A stretch of DNA of 64,000 nucleotides from Prevotella sp. UBA5379 (GCA_002409785.1 DHOX01000092.1:39593-103592); one strand, 5' to 3'; counted from the stretch's first letter, positions 1 to 10,569 are shown. Numbers and translations are program-made. Notes: generated by a model from the sequence alone, not told the origin.

Positions 1-1781
1 TTACGGGAGTAAGACTTGACGATGAATGCTTTCATCTGATTGACGGCAAGATCCAGAGGAATAACCTTTGTGATGCGGAAGAAGGCACTCTGAAGGATCG
101 TGTTGGTACGGTTTCCCAGTCCTATTTCATGAGCAATCTTCGTAGCATTGATATAATAAACTTTGATATTGTTCTTTGCGAAATAGCGCTTTACCTTATT
201 CGGAATGAAGTTAACGAGTTCATCACCCTCGAAGATCGTGTTCAACAGGAAAGTACCGTTCTTGCGAAGCCCGCGTGTCACGTCATACATATACAGATAT
301 GCCTGTACATGGCAAGCAACGAAGTTTGGAGTGTTCACCTGATAAGACGAGTGAATCGGATCATCACCGAAACGCAGGTGTGAGCAGGTAAAACCTCCGG
401 ATTTCTTAGAGTCGTAAGAGAAGTAAGCCTGGCAGTATTTATTGGTATTATTACCGATAATCTGAACAGAGTTCTTGTTGGCACCTACAGTACCATCGGC
501 TCCTAAACCGTAAAACTTTGCCTCGAAGACGGAGTCGCCACCCATTGGAATTTCAGGTACTTTGGGCAGAGAAGTGAACGTGACATCATCCACGATTCCT
601 ACCGTAAAGTGATTCTTCGGTTCCGGCATTTCCAGATTGTTGAATACTGAGATAATGTCTGCCGGAGTAGTATCCGCAGAACTTAATCCGTAACGGCCAC
701 CGACAATCACCGGTTTGCGAGGATCCTCATAGAGGGCACTCTTGACATCCAGATACAGAGGCTCACCCTCAGCTCCAGGTTCCTTGGTACGGTCAAGCAC
801 TGCTATGCGCTTTACGGTAGCCGGGATAGCCTTTCTGAGGAAATCTACTGAGAACGGACGGAAGAGGTGAACGGAAACCATACCGACTTTCTTGCCCTGT
901 TTGTTCAAATAGTCGATAGCTTCACGCGCTGGCTCTGAAGCCGATCCCATCAAAATGATGATGTTCTCAGCATCTTGGGCTCCATAATAGTTGAAAAGGT
1001 GATATTCGCGACCCGTAATCTTGGAAATTTCACCAAGATAATGCTCTACGACTCCAGGAACCTTATCATAGTAGCTGTTACATGCCTCACGGTGTGTGAA
1101 GAAGGTCTCAGGGTTCTCGGCAGTACCCCGTGTGACAGGACGTTCCGGAGAGAGCGCACGGTCACGGAAGTGCTTGATGTCAGCCGGATCAACCAACTTA
1201 GCCAAGGCGTCCTGGTCGATTTCCTCAATCTTGTGGTATTCGTGAGAGGTACGGAAGCCATCAAAGAAATTGATGAAAGGAACGCTTGTCTTCAATGTTG
1301 ACAGATGAGGAACAGCTGTCAGGTCCATTACTTCCTGTACTGATCCTGAGCAGAATATGGCAAAGCCGGTCTGACGACAGGCCATGACATCTGACTGGTC
1401 TCCAAAGATACTCAATGCATGAGTAGCTACTGAACGTGCAGCTACATCAAACACTGCAGGGAGGAGTTCTCCCGCAATCTTGTACATGTTAGGGATCATC
1501 AGCAGAAGTCCCTGTGAAGCCGTGAAGGTTGTCGTCAGTGCACCTGCCTGCAAGGACCCGTGGACGGCACCGGCAGCACCACCTTCAGATTCCATTTCCT
1601 GAACTGTAACCGTCTGCCCGAAGAGGTTCTTACGCCCTTTGGCAGCCCATTCATCTACATGCTCTGCCATTGGAGATGACGGAGTAATAGGATAAATGGC
1701 AGCTACTTCAGTAAACATATAGCTTACATGAGCAGCAGCTGTGTTACCATCACATGTGATAAACTTTTTTTCTTTAGCCAT
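1..1781 (-). CDS. nifJ: pyruvate:ferredoxin (flavodoxin) oxidoreductase, 5' part (runs off window start)
   Basis: Absent from the ORF track. Manual reverse translation from ATG at 1781 gives MAKEKKFITCDGNTAAAHVSYMFTEVAAIYPITPSSPMAE...EMESEGGAAGAVHG, the canonical PFOR N-terminus. Confidence 0.95.
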   Translation of the reverse strand, partial: MAKEKKFITCDGNTAAAHVSYMFTEVAAIYPITPSSPMAEHVDEWAAKGRKNLFGQTVTVQEMESEGGAAGAVHGSLQAGALTTTFTASQGLLLMIPNMYKIAGELLPAVFDVAARSVATHALSIFGDQSDVMACRQTGFAIFCSGSVQEVMDLTAVPHLSTLKTSVPFINFFDGFRTSHEYHKIEEIDQDALAKLVDPADIKHFRDRALSPERPVTRGTAENPETFFTHREACNSYYDKVPGVVEHYLGEISKITGREYHLFNYYGAQDAENIIILMGSASEPAREAIDYLNKQGKKVGMVSVHLFRPFSVDFLRKAIPATVKRIAVLDRTKEPGAEGEPLYLDVKSALYEDPRKPVIVGGRYGLSSADTTPADIISVFNNLEMPEPKNHFTVGIVDDVTFTSLPKVPEIPMGGDSVFEAKFYGLGADGTVGANKNSVQIIGNNTNKYCQAYFSYDSKKSGGFTCSHLRFGDDPIHSSYQVNTPNFVACHVQAYLYMYDVTRGLRKNGTFLLNTIFEGDELVNFIPNKVKRYFAKNNIKVYYINATKIAHEIGLGNRTNTILQSAFFRITKVIPLDLAVNQMKAFIVKSYSR

Positions 1782-1992
1782 TTTTTAAATGATAAATTAA
1801 TCTGTTTTTATATTTACTTATTGATTTCAAGGATTCAGTCAGCAGATATTCTTGTGTTCTCCTTTCTTTCGAAAGATGGATGTTGTCGTTTCGGCATATC
1901 TGTTCCAAGGATTTTACTCTTTTCTTAGGATGAAACCTGATCCTTTACTTATCTGTTTTGTTTTCTCTTGTTGTTTGGTCACTCAAAGTGTT

Positions 1993-3183
1993 TTAGTATA
2001 GAAATCCTAATAGCCAGAGTGGTATCTGTTTCCCCCTTCCTACTTCCGTATGATAACGGGCATAAATAATATCCGGATTCAATCTCAGTTTTCCCGGTGC
2101 TTTTGCATCACAGATTTTGAATTTAAGTCGGTCATCAACCATAAAATAATGACCTTTCGGGCCAATATTTACGATATGATCTTTGCATAATGCACTGATG
2201 AAGAAGGTCTCCATCAGTTCTTGGGTTTCTACTTTTACCGGATAGATGGCATACATCAGGTTGGGGTTCTGCATCATCACCTTCGCAGGTTTTTTAGGAA
2301 ATCTCTGTCCTTGTGGATAGATGATATTGATGAGTCGTGCATCGGCAAGGTATTTGATATAGTTCATGACCGTTGCACGACTGGTCTTGATGCCATACGC
2401 TAGTTTGCTGATATTCGGTGCTTTGGGACCACTTACCGCTAGAAGATAGAAGAGTTTCTTGATTTTCGTGAGATATTTCAACTCTATCTGTTTGATGAGC
2501 AGGATGTCCACCTCCGTCATCATATTCATTGTTTTCAGTAGATTCTCCGAGAAGTCACGATGTTCCAGGAAGAAAGGGTAGAAGCCATGCTCGATATAAT
2601 CCTGGAAGTACTTTATAGGACTGACCTCAGGTAAGATATCCTTGATGATATGCTCATGGTTTTCCAGAATTTCATCCAGTGCATAGGGGTGAAAATTATT
2701 ACCGGTCTGAAGGTTGATAAATTCCCGGAAGGAAAATCCCCACAGGTCATAGCTCTTGACGATTCCCTTCAGCTCCGGGTAGTCTTCTTCGAGCCTCATG
2801 ACACTGCTTCCCGTGAATATGATTTTCAGGTCGGGGTAGAGGTCATAGCATTTACGTAGCTCCCTGCTCCATTCCGGGTGCTTGAATACCTGGTCAATGA
2901 GCAGTACCTTCCCTCCGTCTTTGACAAAATCTCCCGCAAAATCCGTAATACTGTGTCCCTGGAAATAGAAGTTGTTCATATTGATATACAAACACCGGGG
3001 ATCATTGCAGCCGAATTTTTCTAAAGCATACTGTAAAAGGAAGGTTGTTTTCCCTACGCCCCTTGTACCTACAATGCCAATCATCCGGTCGTTCCAGTCG
3101 ATTTCGTCCATCAAAGTACGGCGTACTGGTGCATGAGTATGTTCCAGAAGATAGGTATGCGTGCGAAAGAAAGCATCTTCCAT
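1993..3183 (-). CDS. AAA_14 / DUF4143-type ATPase
   Basis: Walker A GTRGVGKTT; Walker B LLIDQ (Q in place of E); IIFTGSS sensor; GFSFREFI and GFYPF motifs; HTH-like SRATVMNYIKYL; C-terminal IPLWLLGFLY typical of the family. Confidence 0.8.
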   Translation of the reverse strand: MEDAFFRTHTYLLEHTHAPVRRTLMDEIDWNDRMIGIVGTRGVGKTTFLLQYALEKFGCNDPRCLYINMNNFYFQGHSITDFAGDFVKDGGKVLLIDQVFKHPEWSRELRKCYDLYPDLKIIFTGSSVMRLEEDYPELKGIVKSYDLWGFSFREFINLQTGNNFHPYALDEILENHEHIIKDILPEVSPIKYFQDYIEHGFYPFFLEHRDFSENLLKTMNMMTEVDILLIKQIELKYLTKIKKLFYLLAVSGPKAPNISKLAYGIKTSRATVMNYIKYLADARLINIIYPQGQRFPKKPAKVMMQNPNLMYAIYPVKVETQELMETFFISALCKDHIVNIGPKGHYFMVDDRLKFKICDAKAPGKLRLNPDIIYARYHTEVGRGKQIPLWLLGFLY

Positions 3184-3347
3184 AATCAGAGTGCGTTTGT
3201 AAGATTTGTCTTTAAATCATTTTCGAGTTCCTCTTGCAAAGATAATACATATTTTCTGATTTGCAACCCCAAGATAGCAAAATATTGTAATTTTAGTTTT
3301 TTTTAGATTTAATTCTTCACTGATTTTTCTTATCTTTGCAGAGTACT

Positions 3348-4469
3348 ATGGAAAGATTGCATATCTTTAATCCCGAGCATGACCTTGCCTTGGCCTGTAA
3401 TCAGTGGCAGTATACACCACCCAAGGCCGCTATGCAGTTGTGTCATGACCTCAACTGGATACCTGCGATATGGGCCGATAGCGGAGACTATGTGGTGGTG
3501 GATGACATTTCTGCAGCCACGGCTTCCCGGTCCCTTTTGCAAGCACTGCTGCCTGTCGATTTGCCGGCTGTCCATTTTATTACCCCCCAGTCTTCCGAGT
3601 TTAAGACCTTGACCTGTTTTGAGAAGATTCCCTGCCAGGGGGGAGAGCTGGCCCGTCTTCATCATCAGATCCTGCCGTGGGGATGGGACCGGCCCGTCAT
3701 CAGCCGGTTGCTGGGGCCGCAGATCGCAGAGGCCCGGTTCGTGCCAGAGGCGGGGGCAGCGGATGAAGGCCAGCTGCTTTTCAATGAACGATGGATTCGC
3801 ATATTATCCTCCCGCCAATACTGGCGTGTCCTTCTCCAGGATCATGTAGACGAAGTGAATACCCCGGAGGAATTACGGTCCAGTATAGAGAGACATGGAG
3901 GAAGAGCTGTCTTGAAGACTCCCTGGAGCAGTTCCGGGAGGGGAGTGCATTTCGTCGACCTGTCCCGTTCACCTTCCGTTCCCGGCATGCCCTATCCTTG
4001 TCTGGTTGAGCCCTGTTATCATAAGGTCAAGGATTTCGCAATGGAATTTGAGGCTACTGCTGAGGGTACGGTGCGCTATCTTGGACTGAATCTTTTTCAG
4101 ACCAGAGGCTCTTCCTATGTCGGAAACCTGCTGGCAGACGAGAAGGATAAAGAACAGCTCCTGATGAGGGGAACTGTTGGCCTCAGTTTGAGATCCTGCC
4201 GCCGAAAAGTGGAGGAAATCGTTGCTGGAAATATCCGTGGCCGTTATACAGGTCCTTTCGGTGTGGATTTTATGCTGGTTCGTGATGACTCTTCCGGTTG
4301 CTGCGAGGACAGCATCCACGTATGTGAATTAAATCTCCGCCGTACCATGGGCCATGTAGCCCTGGTGTTGTCGCGTTATGTGCATGGATCGATGAAGGTG
4401 GTGTTTGATGGTCATCATTATCAATTAAGGATAGAATCAGGAACAAACTTTAAAACAACTAATCTATGA
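3348..4469 (+). CDS. hypothetical protein with ATP-grasp-like motifs
   Basis: Motifs VLKTPWSSSGRGV, LVEP, GPFGVDFM, CELNLR. ATG at 3348 preferred because the ORF-track TTG lies inside a TAnnTTTG promoter motif. Confidence 0.65.
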   Translation: MERLHIFNPEHDLALACNQWQYTPPKAAMQLCHDLNWIPAIWADSGDYVVVDDISAATASRSLLQALLPVDLPAVHFITPQSSEFKTLTCFEKIPCQGGELARLHHQILPWGWDRPVISRLLGPQIAEARFVPEAGAADEGQLLFNERWIRILSSRQYWRVLLQDHVDEVNTPEELRSSIERHGGRAVLKTPWSSSGRGVHFVDLSRSPSVPGMPYPCLVEPCYHKVKDFAMEFEATAEGTVRYLGLNLFQTRGSSYVGNLLADEKDKEQLLMRGTVGLSLRSCRRKVEEIVAGNIRGRYTGPFGVDFMLVRDDSSGCCEDSIHVCELNLRRTMGHVALVLSRYVHGSMKVVFDGHHYQLRIESGTNFKTTNL

Positions 4470-6136
4470 AACAAAATTTTTATTCTTTCTGTGCTGCGGC
4501 ACTTCTCACATTCATGCCGATCTTTTCCCTCTCTGGAAAAGCCCAGGCTGTCCAGCCTTATGTCAGTCAGGTGTGGAGCCCGGACCAGGGAGACGGAACC
4601 TACATCAATCCGGTGATTAATGCTGATTACAGTGATCCTGATGTTATTGCCGTGGGAGAGGATTACTATATGACGGCAAGTTCTTTCAACTGTATTCCAG
4701 GACTGCCGGTATTACATTCCAGAGATCTGGTCAACTGGGAGATCATTGGCCATGCCATTCAGAAGATAGCACCTGACAGCGTATTCTCTAAACCGTCTTA
4801 TGGCAATGGGGTATGGGCGCCCAGTATCCGGTACCATAATGGTGAATTCTATATCTATTGGGGAGATCCTGACTATGGGGTGTTCATGGTGAGCTCCAAG
4901 GATCCGGAAGGACCATGGACTGCTCCTCATTGTGTCATTCCTGGCAAGGGCATGATAGACACGACCCCGTTATGGGATGATGACGGCCGTTGCTATCTGG
5001 TCAATGCCTGGGCTAACAGCCGCACACATTTTGCCAGTGTGCTGACTGTACGGGAACTGAATGCTGGAGGGACGGAGCCGGTGGGCAATCCCGTCATCGT
5101 ATTTGATGGAAACGGAACAGAGAATCGTACCTGCGAGGGCCCCAAATTTTATAAGCGTCAGGGGTGGTACTGGATATTGTGCCCCGCAGGAGGTGTTTCC
5201 TCCGGTTTTCAGTTGGCCATGCGTTCCAGGTCACCTTTTGGGCCGTATGAGGCGAAAAAGGTACTTGCACAAGGCCGGACAAAGGTTAATGGTCCCCATC
5301 AGGGAGCCTGGATCCATACGGCTTTCGGAGAAGACTGGTTTATCCACTTTCAGGATAAAGGGGCCTATGGTCGTGTCGTTTTCCTGGAGCCTGTCCACTG
5401 GAAGGATAATTGGCCGGTCATCGGTAAGATCCCCTCCAACGGCTATTGTGGCGAGCCGGTTCTCCGGTATCGTAAACCCAGGACTGCCGGCGGAACAGTC
5501 AAGGAAAATCCTCAGGAATCGGATGAATTCAATTCTCCTCGCCTCGGATTACAATGGCAATGGCAGGCGGATTATGACCAGACCTTCGGGATGCCTACCT
5601 CTCTTGGAGTGTTCCGCCTTTTTACTTATGGCACAGACGGGACGATCTGGGACATTCCGAACTTACTCTTGCAGAAAACGCCTGCGGACCGGTTTACGGC
5701 AACCGCAAAAGTGGAATTTACGGCAAAGGAAGACAGGCAGTATGGGGGAATCATCATGATGGGACTGGACTATAGTGCGCTCGTTCTTGCACGGGCAGGG
5801 GACAGGTTCCAACTCCAGCAGATTACTTGCCGTCAGGCGGATCAGGGAGGGAAAGAAATGGTCCGATCACTGTTCTCCTTACCTCCGACCTCAAAAGATC
5901 ATAATGGCTATCAGGAAGGCCTCCATGAGGCCGGTTATTTGCGCATGGCTGTCAGAGATGGCCAGGTGCGTTTCTTCTGGAGTACGGATGGGACGAATTT
6001 CAAAGAGGTGGGAAATTCCTTCCGGATGCGACAAGGGAAATGGGTCGGCGCCAAGATCGGATTCGTGGCTGAAAAACCTGCCGGGAAGTCAAACCGGGGG
6101 TGGCTGGACATCGACTGGTTCAGAATAACCAGGTGA
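4466..6136 (+). CDS. glycoside hydrolase family 43 (beta-xylosidase/arabinofuranosidase-like), secreted
   Basis: Signal peptide; NPVINADYSDPDV, WAPSIRYH, EGPKFYK and PHQG motifs; C-terminal beta-sandwich ending DIDWFR. Confidence 0.9.
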   Translation: MKQNFYSFCAAALLTFMPIFSLSGKAQAVQPYVSQVWSPDQGDGTYINPVINADYSDPDVIAVGEDYYMTASSFNCIPGLPVLHSRDLVNWEIIGHAIQKIAPDSVFSKPSYGNGVWAPSIRYHNGEFYIYWGDPDYGVFMVSSKDPEGPWTAPHCVIPGKGMIDTTPLWDDDGRCYLVNAWANSRTHFASVLTVRELNAGGTEPVGNPVIVFDGNGTENRTCEGPKFYKRQGWYWILCPAGGVSSGFQLAMRSRSPFGPYEAKKVLAQGRTKVNGPHQGAWIHTAFGEDWFIHFQDKGAYGRVVFLEPVHWKDNWPVIGKIPSNGYCGEPVLRYRKPRTAGGTVKENPQESDEFNSPRLGLQWQWQADYDQTFGMPTSLGVFRLFTYGTDGTIWDIPNLLLQKTPADRFTATAKVEFTAKEDRQYGGIIMMGLDYSALVLARAGDRFQLQQITCRQADQGGKEMVRSLFSLPPTSKDHNGYQEGLHEAGYLRMAVRDGQVRFFWSTDGTNFKEVGNSFRMRQGKWVGAKIGFVAEKPAGKSNRGWLDIDWFRITR

Positions 6137-6183
6137 CTTATACGACGCCCTTCCCTTACCCAGACCTATAAAAACACAATTTC

Positions 6184-7767
6184 ATGAGAACTAACACACC
6201 ACTTCAGCGGGATCCCCTTTTGCGGATTGCGGTCATACTGGTTGCAGGCATTTGGACAGGGAAAGTCACTTCTGAACGGATTCCTGCCGGAACATGGATG
6301 ATCCTGACCATAGCTCTTCTGTTGCTCGTCATTTGGCTTTTGCGTATCCATTTGAAAAGAGCAGATCCTTCCTTCAACGGCATCCCCTCAGCAGTCTTTC
6401 AGACCTGTTGTATTTTCATGGCGGTGTTTGCATTGGGAGCATGGGATGGTACAATGGCCCTGAAGTCTCATCGTCTTTTACCGGTGGGAAAGTCGTTTGA
6501 AGAGTATGCGATAGTTATCTCTCCGCCGGTCAGACATGGAAAGGTGGAACGGTGCGACCTTCTTCTTGCAGACGGATCCTCTGCGGGGAAGAAGATCAGA
6601 GCCAACTTTCTCAACACTCCTTTCGCCGTGAAGGAGGGTGCTGATGCTTCACGCTTGCGCGTAGGGGAAGGACTTGCAGTCCGATTGACGATTGAACAAC
6701 CCTTTGTAAAGGAGTCTCGTAGTGGTAATTTTGACTATCCGCTATGGTTGAAAATCCATAATTTTGCAGGAACAGTATTCCTGCTCCCACAAGAATGGAA
6801 AAAGACCACTGTGGACCTTTCACATCTATCCTGCTATCAGCGGACGGTCCTGGTTGCCCTTCAGATGCGCCAGAAACTGATACGAAAGTATGCCAACATC
6901 GGGATCACCGGTCAGAGTGAAGCCGTGATGGCAGCCATGACACTCGGGGATAAGTCGGGCATATCCAGATCGACAGCCACTGCTTATTCCATTTCCGGCG
7001 CATCGCATATACTTTCTTTGAGCGGTTTGCACTTAGGAATTATCTATGGTATCCTGGTCTTTTTCTTCGGAGGGAGGAACCGCTGGTGGAATCAGATTGT
7101 GATCTTGCTGGCGATATGGAGTTTTACCCTTCTTGCAGGCTCCGGGCCGAGTGTCGTCCGTTCAGCCATGATGATTTCGATCTATGCACTGGTATCGCTG
7201 TTGAACCGTGATAAATTCAGTCTGAATACCTGGTCACTGGCTTTGATGATCATGCTGCTGGATCAACCATTGTATCTTTTTGATGTAGGCTTTGAATTAT
7301 CCTTTATGGCCGTTTTGGGCATCCTGCTGGGTGTCAGGCTTTTTCCTGTTCCACTGAAAACAAGAGTTGGGAAGCGTTTTCGGGATCGTATTTCAAGATG
7401 GGCCTGGGGATTTGTTGTCGTATCCGTTTCCGCCCAGTTATGGACATTTCCCTTTGTGATCTATTATTTCGGACGATTTTCCTGTTATTTTCTCCTCACC
7501 AATCTGGTCGTGGTACCTCTAGCTACCACGTTGCTCTATCTGGTGTCAGGTGGTTTTATCCTTTACCTGTGGCCCGTCGCTGCACGTTTCTTGTTCATGC
7601 TTGCAGATGAGGTGTCAGGCAGCCTTAATCGCACGGTACAATGGATATCCTCATGCCCCGGGGCTTCCATAGAAGGAATTTGTATCAGTCAGGGACAAGT
7701 TGTGTTGATTTATCTGGCCTTGATTGGAATATCTGCATTGTTTTTTGTAACTTTGCGTCCGCAATGA
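6184..7767 (+). CDS. comEC: ComEC/Rec2 family competence membrane protein
   Basis: SHILSLSGLHLGI, PSVVRSAMM and GFELSFMAV motifs; many TM segments; no C-terminal metallo-beta-lactamase domain. Confidence 0.85.
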   Translation: MRTNTPLQRDPLLRIAVILVAGIWTGKVTSERIPAGTWMILTIALLLLVIWLLRIHLKRADPSFNGIPSAVFQTCCIFMAVFALGAWDGTMALKSHRLLPVGKSFEEYAIVISPPVRHGKVERCDLLLADGSSAGKKIRANFLNTPFAVKEGADASRLRVGEGLAVRLTIEQPFVKESRSGNFDYPLWLKIHNFAGTVFLLPQEWKKTTVDLSHLSCYQRTVLVALQMRQKLIRKYANIGITGQSEAVMAAMTLGDKSGISRSTATAYSISGASHILSLSGLHLGIIYGILVFFFGGRNRWWNQIVILLAIWSFTLLAGSGPSVVRSAMMISIYALVSLLNRDKFSLNTWSLALMIMLLDQPLYLFDVGFELSFMAVLGILLGVRLFPVPLKTRVGKRFRDRISRWAWGFVVVSVSAQLWTFPFVIYYFGRFSCYFLLTNLVVVPLATTLLYLVSGGFILYLWPVAARFLFMLADEVSGSLNRTVQWISSCPGASIEGICISQGQVVLIYLALIGISALFFVTLRPQ

Positions 7768-8489
7768 GGTATTTTATCACTTTTGCCTATGACGGCACAA
7801 ACTATCACGGTTGGCAGGTGCAGCCTAATGGGATCTCTGTCCAGGAGCGGCTTGACGGGTGTCTGTCCACTCTGCTCAGGAAGAAGGTAGAGACGGTGGG
7901 AGCCGGAAGGACGGATGCCGGAGTGCATGCCCGGATGATGGTGGCACATTTTGACTGGCCTGGAGAACTTGATGGTGAACAGTTGGCATACCGCCTGAAC
8001 AGGATCCTTCCCTGGGATATTGCTGTGCAGGATGTCCGGAAGGTTGATGAACGACTTCATGCACGTTTCTCCGCCAAGTCCCGTCTCTATCGCTATTATA
8101 TCCATCTGAGCAAGGATCCGTTTCTGAGACGCTATTCCTGGGAGATCCATTATCCTCTTGATTTCAGGATCATGAATGAGGGGGCTTCGCTGCTTTTGGG
8201 AGAAAAGGACTTTGCCTGTTTTTGTAAGGCAGGCGGAAATCAGAAAAACACGCGTTGTCTTGTCACAGAGGCTCATTGGGACCAGCAAGGAAACCAATGG
8301 ATATTTACCATCCGGGCTAACCGGTTCTTGAGGAACATGGTCAGGGCGATTGTGGGGACACTGGTCGACCTGGGGCGTGGTCAGATTACCCTTCAGGACT
8401 TTGCCCGGATTCTGGCCAGTGGTTCGAGAAGTGATGCTGGGGAAAGTGTACCCGGTAATGCGTTGTTCCTGGAAGGAATAGCCTACTGA
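7764..8489 (+). CDS. truA: tRNA pseudouridine(38-40) synthase
   Basis: MRYFITFAYDGTNYHGWQ, GAGRTDAGVHA, FLRNMVRAIVG. ATG at 7764 overlaps the comEC stop (ATGA). Confidence 0.95.
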   Translation: MRYFITFAYDGTNYHGWQVQPNGISVQERLDGCLSTLLRKKVETVGAGRTDAGVHARMMVAHFDWPGELDGEQLAYRLNRILPWDIAVQDVRKVDERLHARFSAKSRLYRYYIHLSKDPFLRRYSWEIHYPLDFRIMNEGASLLLGEKDFACFCKAGGNQKNTRCLVTEAHWDQQGNQWIFTIRANRFLRNMVRAIVGTLVDLGRGQITLQDFARILASGSRSDAGESVPGNALFLEGIAY

Positions 8490-8534
8490 GGCTATCCTTA
8501 CCGATAAAAAATAGAAAATATTTAGGATAATATA

Positions 8535-9482
8535 ATGATGTGGCTTGTATTAGCATTTGTCTCAGCAGCTCTGCTGGGATTCTATGATTCCTTTAAGAAA
8601 GCAGCTTTATGCGGGAATGCGGTTATTACCGTACTTTTTCTGAACACTTTTTTCTGTTCCGTCATTTTTTTGCCCTTTATTCTTTTATCCCATTATACGA
8701 CGGTGCTCGACGGCAGTATTTTCCACGTGGCAAGTGGAGGCTGGGAAGTGCAGAGATATGTGTTCCTGAAGAGTTGCATTGTCCTGGCAAGTTGGATTTT
8801 CGGTTATTTTGGAATGAAGCATCTCCCCCTGACGATCGTCGGACCTATCAATGCCACACGGCCGGTGATGGTTCTGGTAGGGGCCATGCTCGTGTTTGGC
8901 GAAACCCTCAATCTTTATCAGTGGATAGGTGTAGCCCTGGCTGTCACTTCGTTTTTCATGCTTTCCAGGAGTGGCAAGAAGGAAGGCATTGATTTCAAGC
9001 ATAACAAATGGATCTATTTTATCGTCATTGCTGCCGTGCTGGGGGCTGTCAGCGGACTTTATGATAAATACCTGATGGCCAAGCCGGCAGATGGGGGGCT
9101 GGGACTTGACCGTATGCTCGTGCAGAGCTGGTATAATGTTTATCAGATGTTGATGATGGCAGTTGTTCTGCTGATAGCTGTCTTTAAGCCTTTTGCCCAT
9201 TTCCGTAAGGGTAGGGCGCTGTTTCCCCAAAGTAAATTCCATTGGGACTGGGCCATACCCTGGATCTCTATCTTTTTAAGCGCGGCTGACTTTGCCTATT
9301 TTTATGCTCTGTCCTTGCCGGGAGCGATGATCTCTATCGTTTCCATGGTGCGGAGAGGGAGCGTGATCGTCAGTTTCCTGTTTGGCGCGGCTGTTTTCCA
9401 CGAGAAGAACCTGAGGGCAAAGGTTGCAGATTTGATCCTGGTTCTCCTGGGGATGATCTTTCTTTATATTGGATCAAGATAG
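8535..9482 (+). CDS. EamA/DMT family transporter
   Basis: About 10 hydrophobic segments in two repeats; LPLTIVGPINATRP and FHEKNL motifs. Confidence 0.8.
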   Translation: MMWLVLAFVSAALLGFYDSFKKAALCGNAVITVLFLNTFFCSVIFLPFILLSHYTTVLDGSIFHVASGGWEVQRYVFLKSCIVLASWIFGYFGMKHLPLTIVGPINATRPVMVLVGAMLVFGETLNLYQWIGVALAVTSFFMLSRSGKKEGIDFKHNKWIYFIVIAAVLGAVSGLYDKYLMAKPADGGLGLDRMLVQSWYNVYQMLMMAVVLLIAVFKPFAHFRKGRALFPQSKFHWDWAIPWISIFLSAADFAYFYALSLPGAMISIVSMVRRGSVIVSFLFGAAVFHEKNLRAKVADLILVLLGMIFLYIGSR

Positions 9483-9684
9483 GATGCAGTATAAAAATCC
9501 TAAGCCAGATCTGCCGACAGCCGGAAACGTTTTGTCCTTTTCATCCCGAATGATAATCATTTTCAGTTAAAAGGATTCTGGAGAATCTGTCTGATCTCGA
9601 AAATGATAGAAAAAATGTTCTTTTTCTTTGCAATGTGATTGAAATATTGTATTTTTGCAAATATATCGTTCAATAGAATTGAAT

Positions 9685-10569
9685 ATGCAGAACATTTTTA
9701 AGGGTTTGGGTATTGCCTTAATTACTCCGTTCCATCAGGATGGTAGTGTAGACTATCAGGCTTTGAAAAAATTGGTGGAATATCAACTTGACAATGGTGC
9801 AGACTTTCTCTGTATCCTTGCTACTACGGCGGAAACGCCTTGTCTGTCACGTGAGGAAAAGGATAAGATTACGGAGGTGGTCAAGGAGGTGAACCATGGC
9901 CGCGTGAAGATCTTGAAATATTGCGGCGGTAATCATACTGCTGCCGTCATCGATGAGATGAAGTCTACGGACTGGACAGGTATTGATGGGATACTAAGCG
10001 TTTGTCCTTATTATAACAAACCCTCTCAGGAAGGACTTTACCAACACTTTAAAGCTATTGCGCAGGAGAGTCCTTTACCGGTGATCATGTATAATGTCCC
10101 CGGTCGTACGGGGGTAAACCTGAAGGCTGAGACACAAGTGAGGCTGGCTAAGGACTGTCCGAATATTGTTGGTGTAAAGGAGGCTTCCGGATCCCTGGAG
10201 CAGATCGATGAGATTATCAAGAACAAACCCGATAGTTTTGATGTCATCAGCGGTGATGATGCCCTGACTTTCTCAATGATTGCCAGTGGGGCAGTAGGCG
10301 TGATCAGTGTCATCGGCAATGCTTTGCCGAAAGAATTTTCCAGGATGATCCGTCTGGAATTGAAAGGACAATATGAGGCTGCCCGGAAAATCCATCATCA
10401 GTTTACAGAACTGTACAAATTACTTTTCGTAGATGGTAACCCTGCTGGTGTAAAGGCGTTGCTCAACGATATGGGATTCATTCAGAATGAACTCCGCCTA
10501 CCTTTGGTGCCGACAACGATCAAGACCAAGGAACGTATGGCTGAAATACTGAAAGAACTCAGGAGGTAA
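9685..10569 (+). CDS. dapA: 4-hydroxy-tetrahydrodipicolinate synthase
   Basis: ALITPF, ATTAE, PYYNKP, YNVPGRTG, VKEASG, SGDD; ATG at 9685. Confidence 0.95.
   Translation: MQNIFKGLGIALITPFHQDGSVDYQALKKLVEYQLDNGADFLCILATTAETPCLSREEKDKITEVVKEVNHGRVKILKYCGGNHTAAVIDEMKSTDWTGIDGILSVCPYYNKPSQEGLYQHFKAIAQESPLPVIMYNVPGRTGVNLKAETQVRLAKDCPNIVGVKEASGSLEQIDEIIKNKPDSFDVISGDDALTFSMIASGAVGVISVIGNALPKEFSRMIRLELKGQYEAARKIHHQFTELYKLLFVDGNPAGVKALLNDMGFIQNELRLPLVPTTIKTKERMAEILKELRR

Noticed and set aside
129..1928. Short ORF-track calls in the first 1.9 kb
   Set aside because: They overlap the nifJ frame on the minus strand, which the track missed because it has no stop codon within the window.
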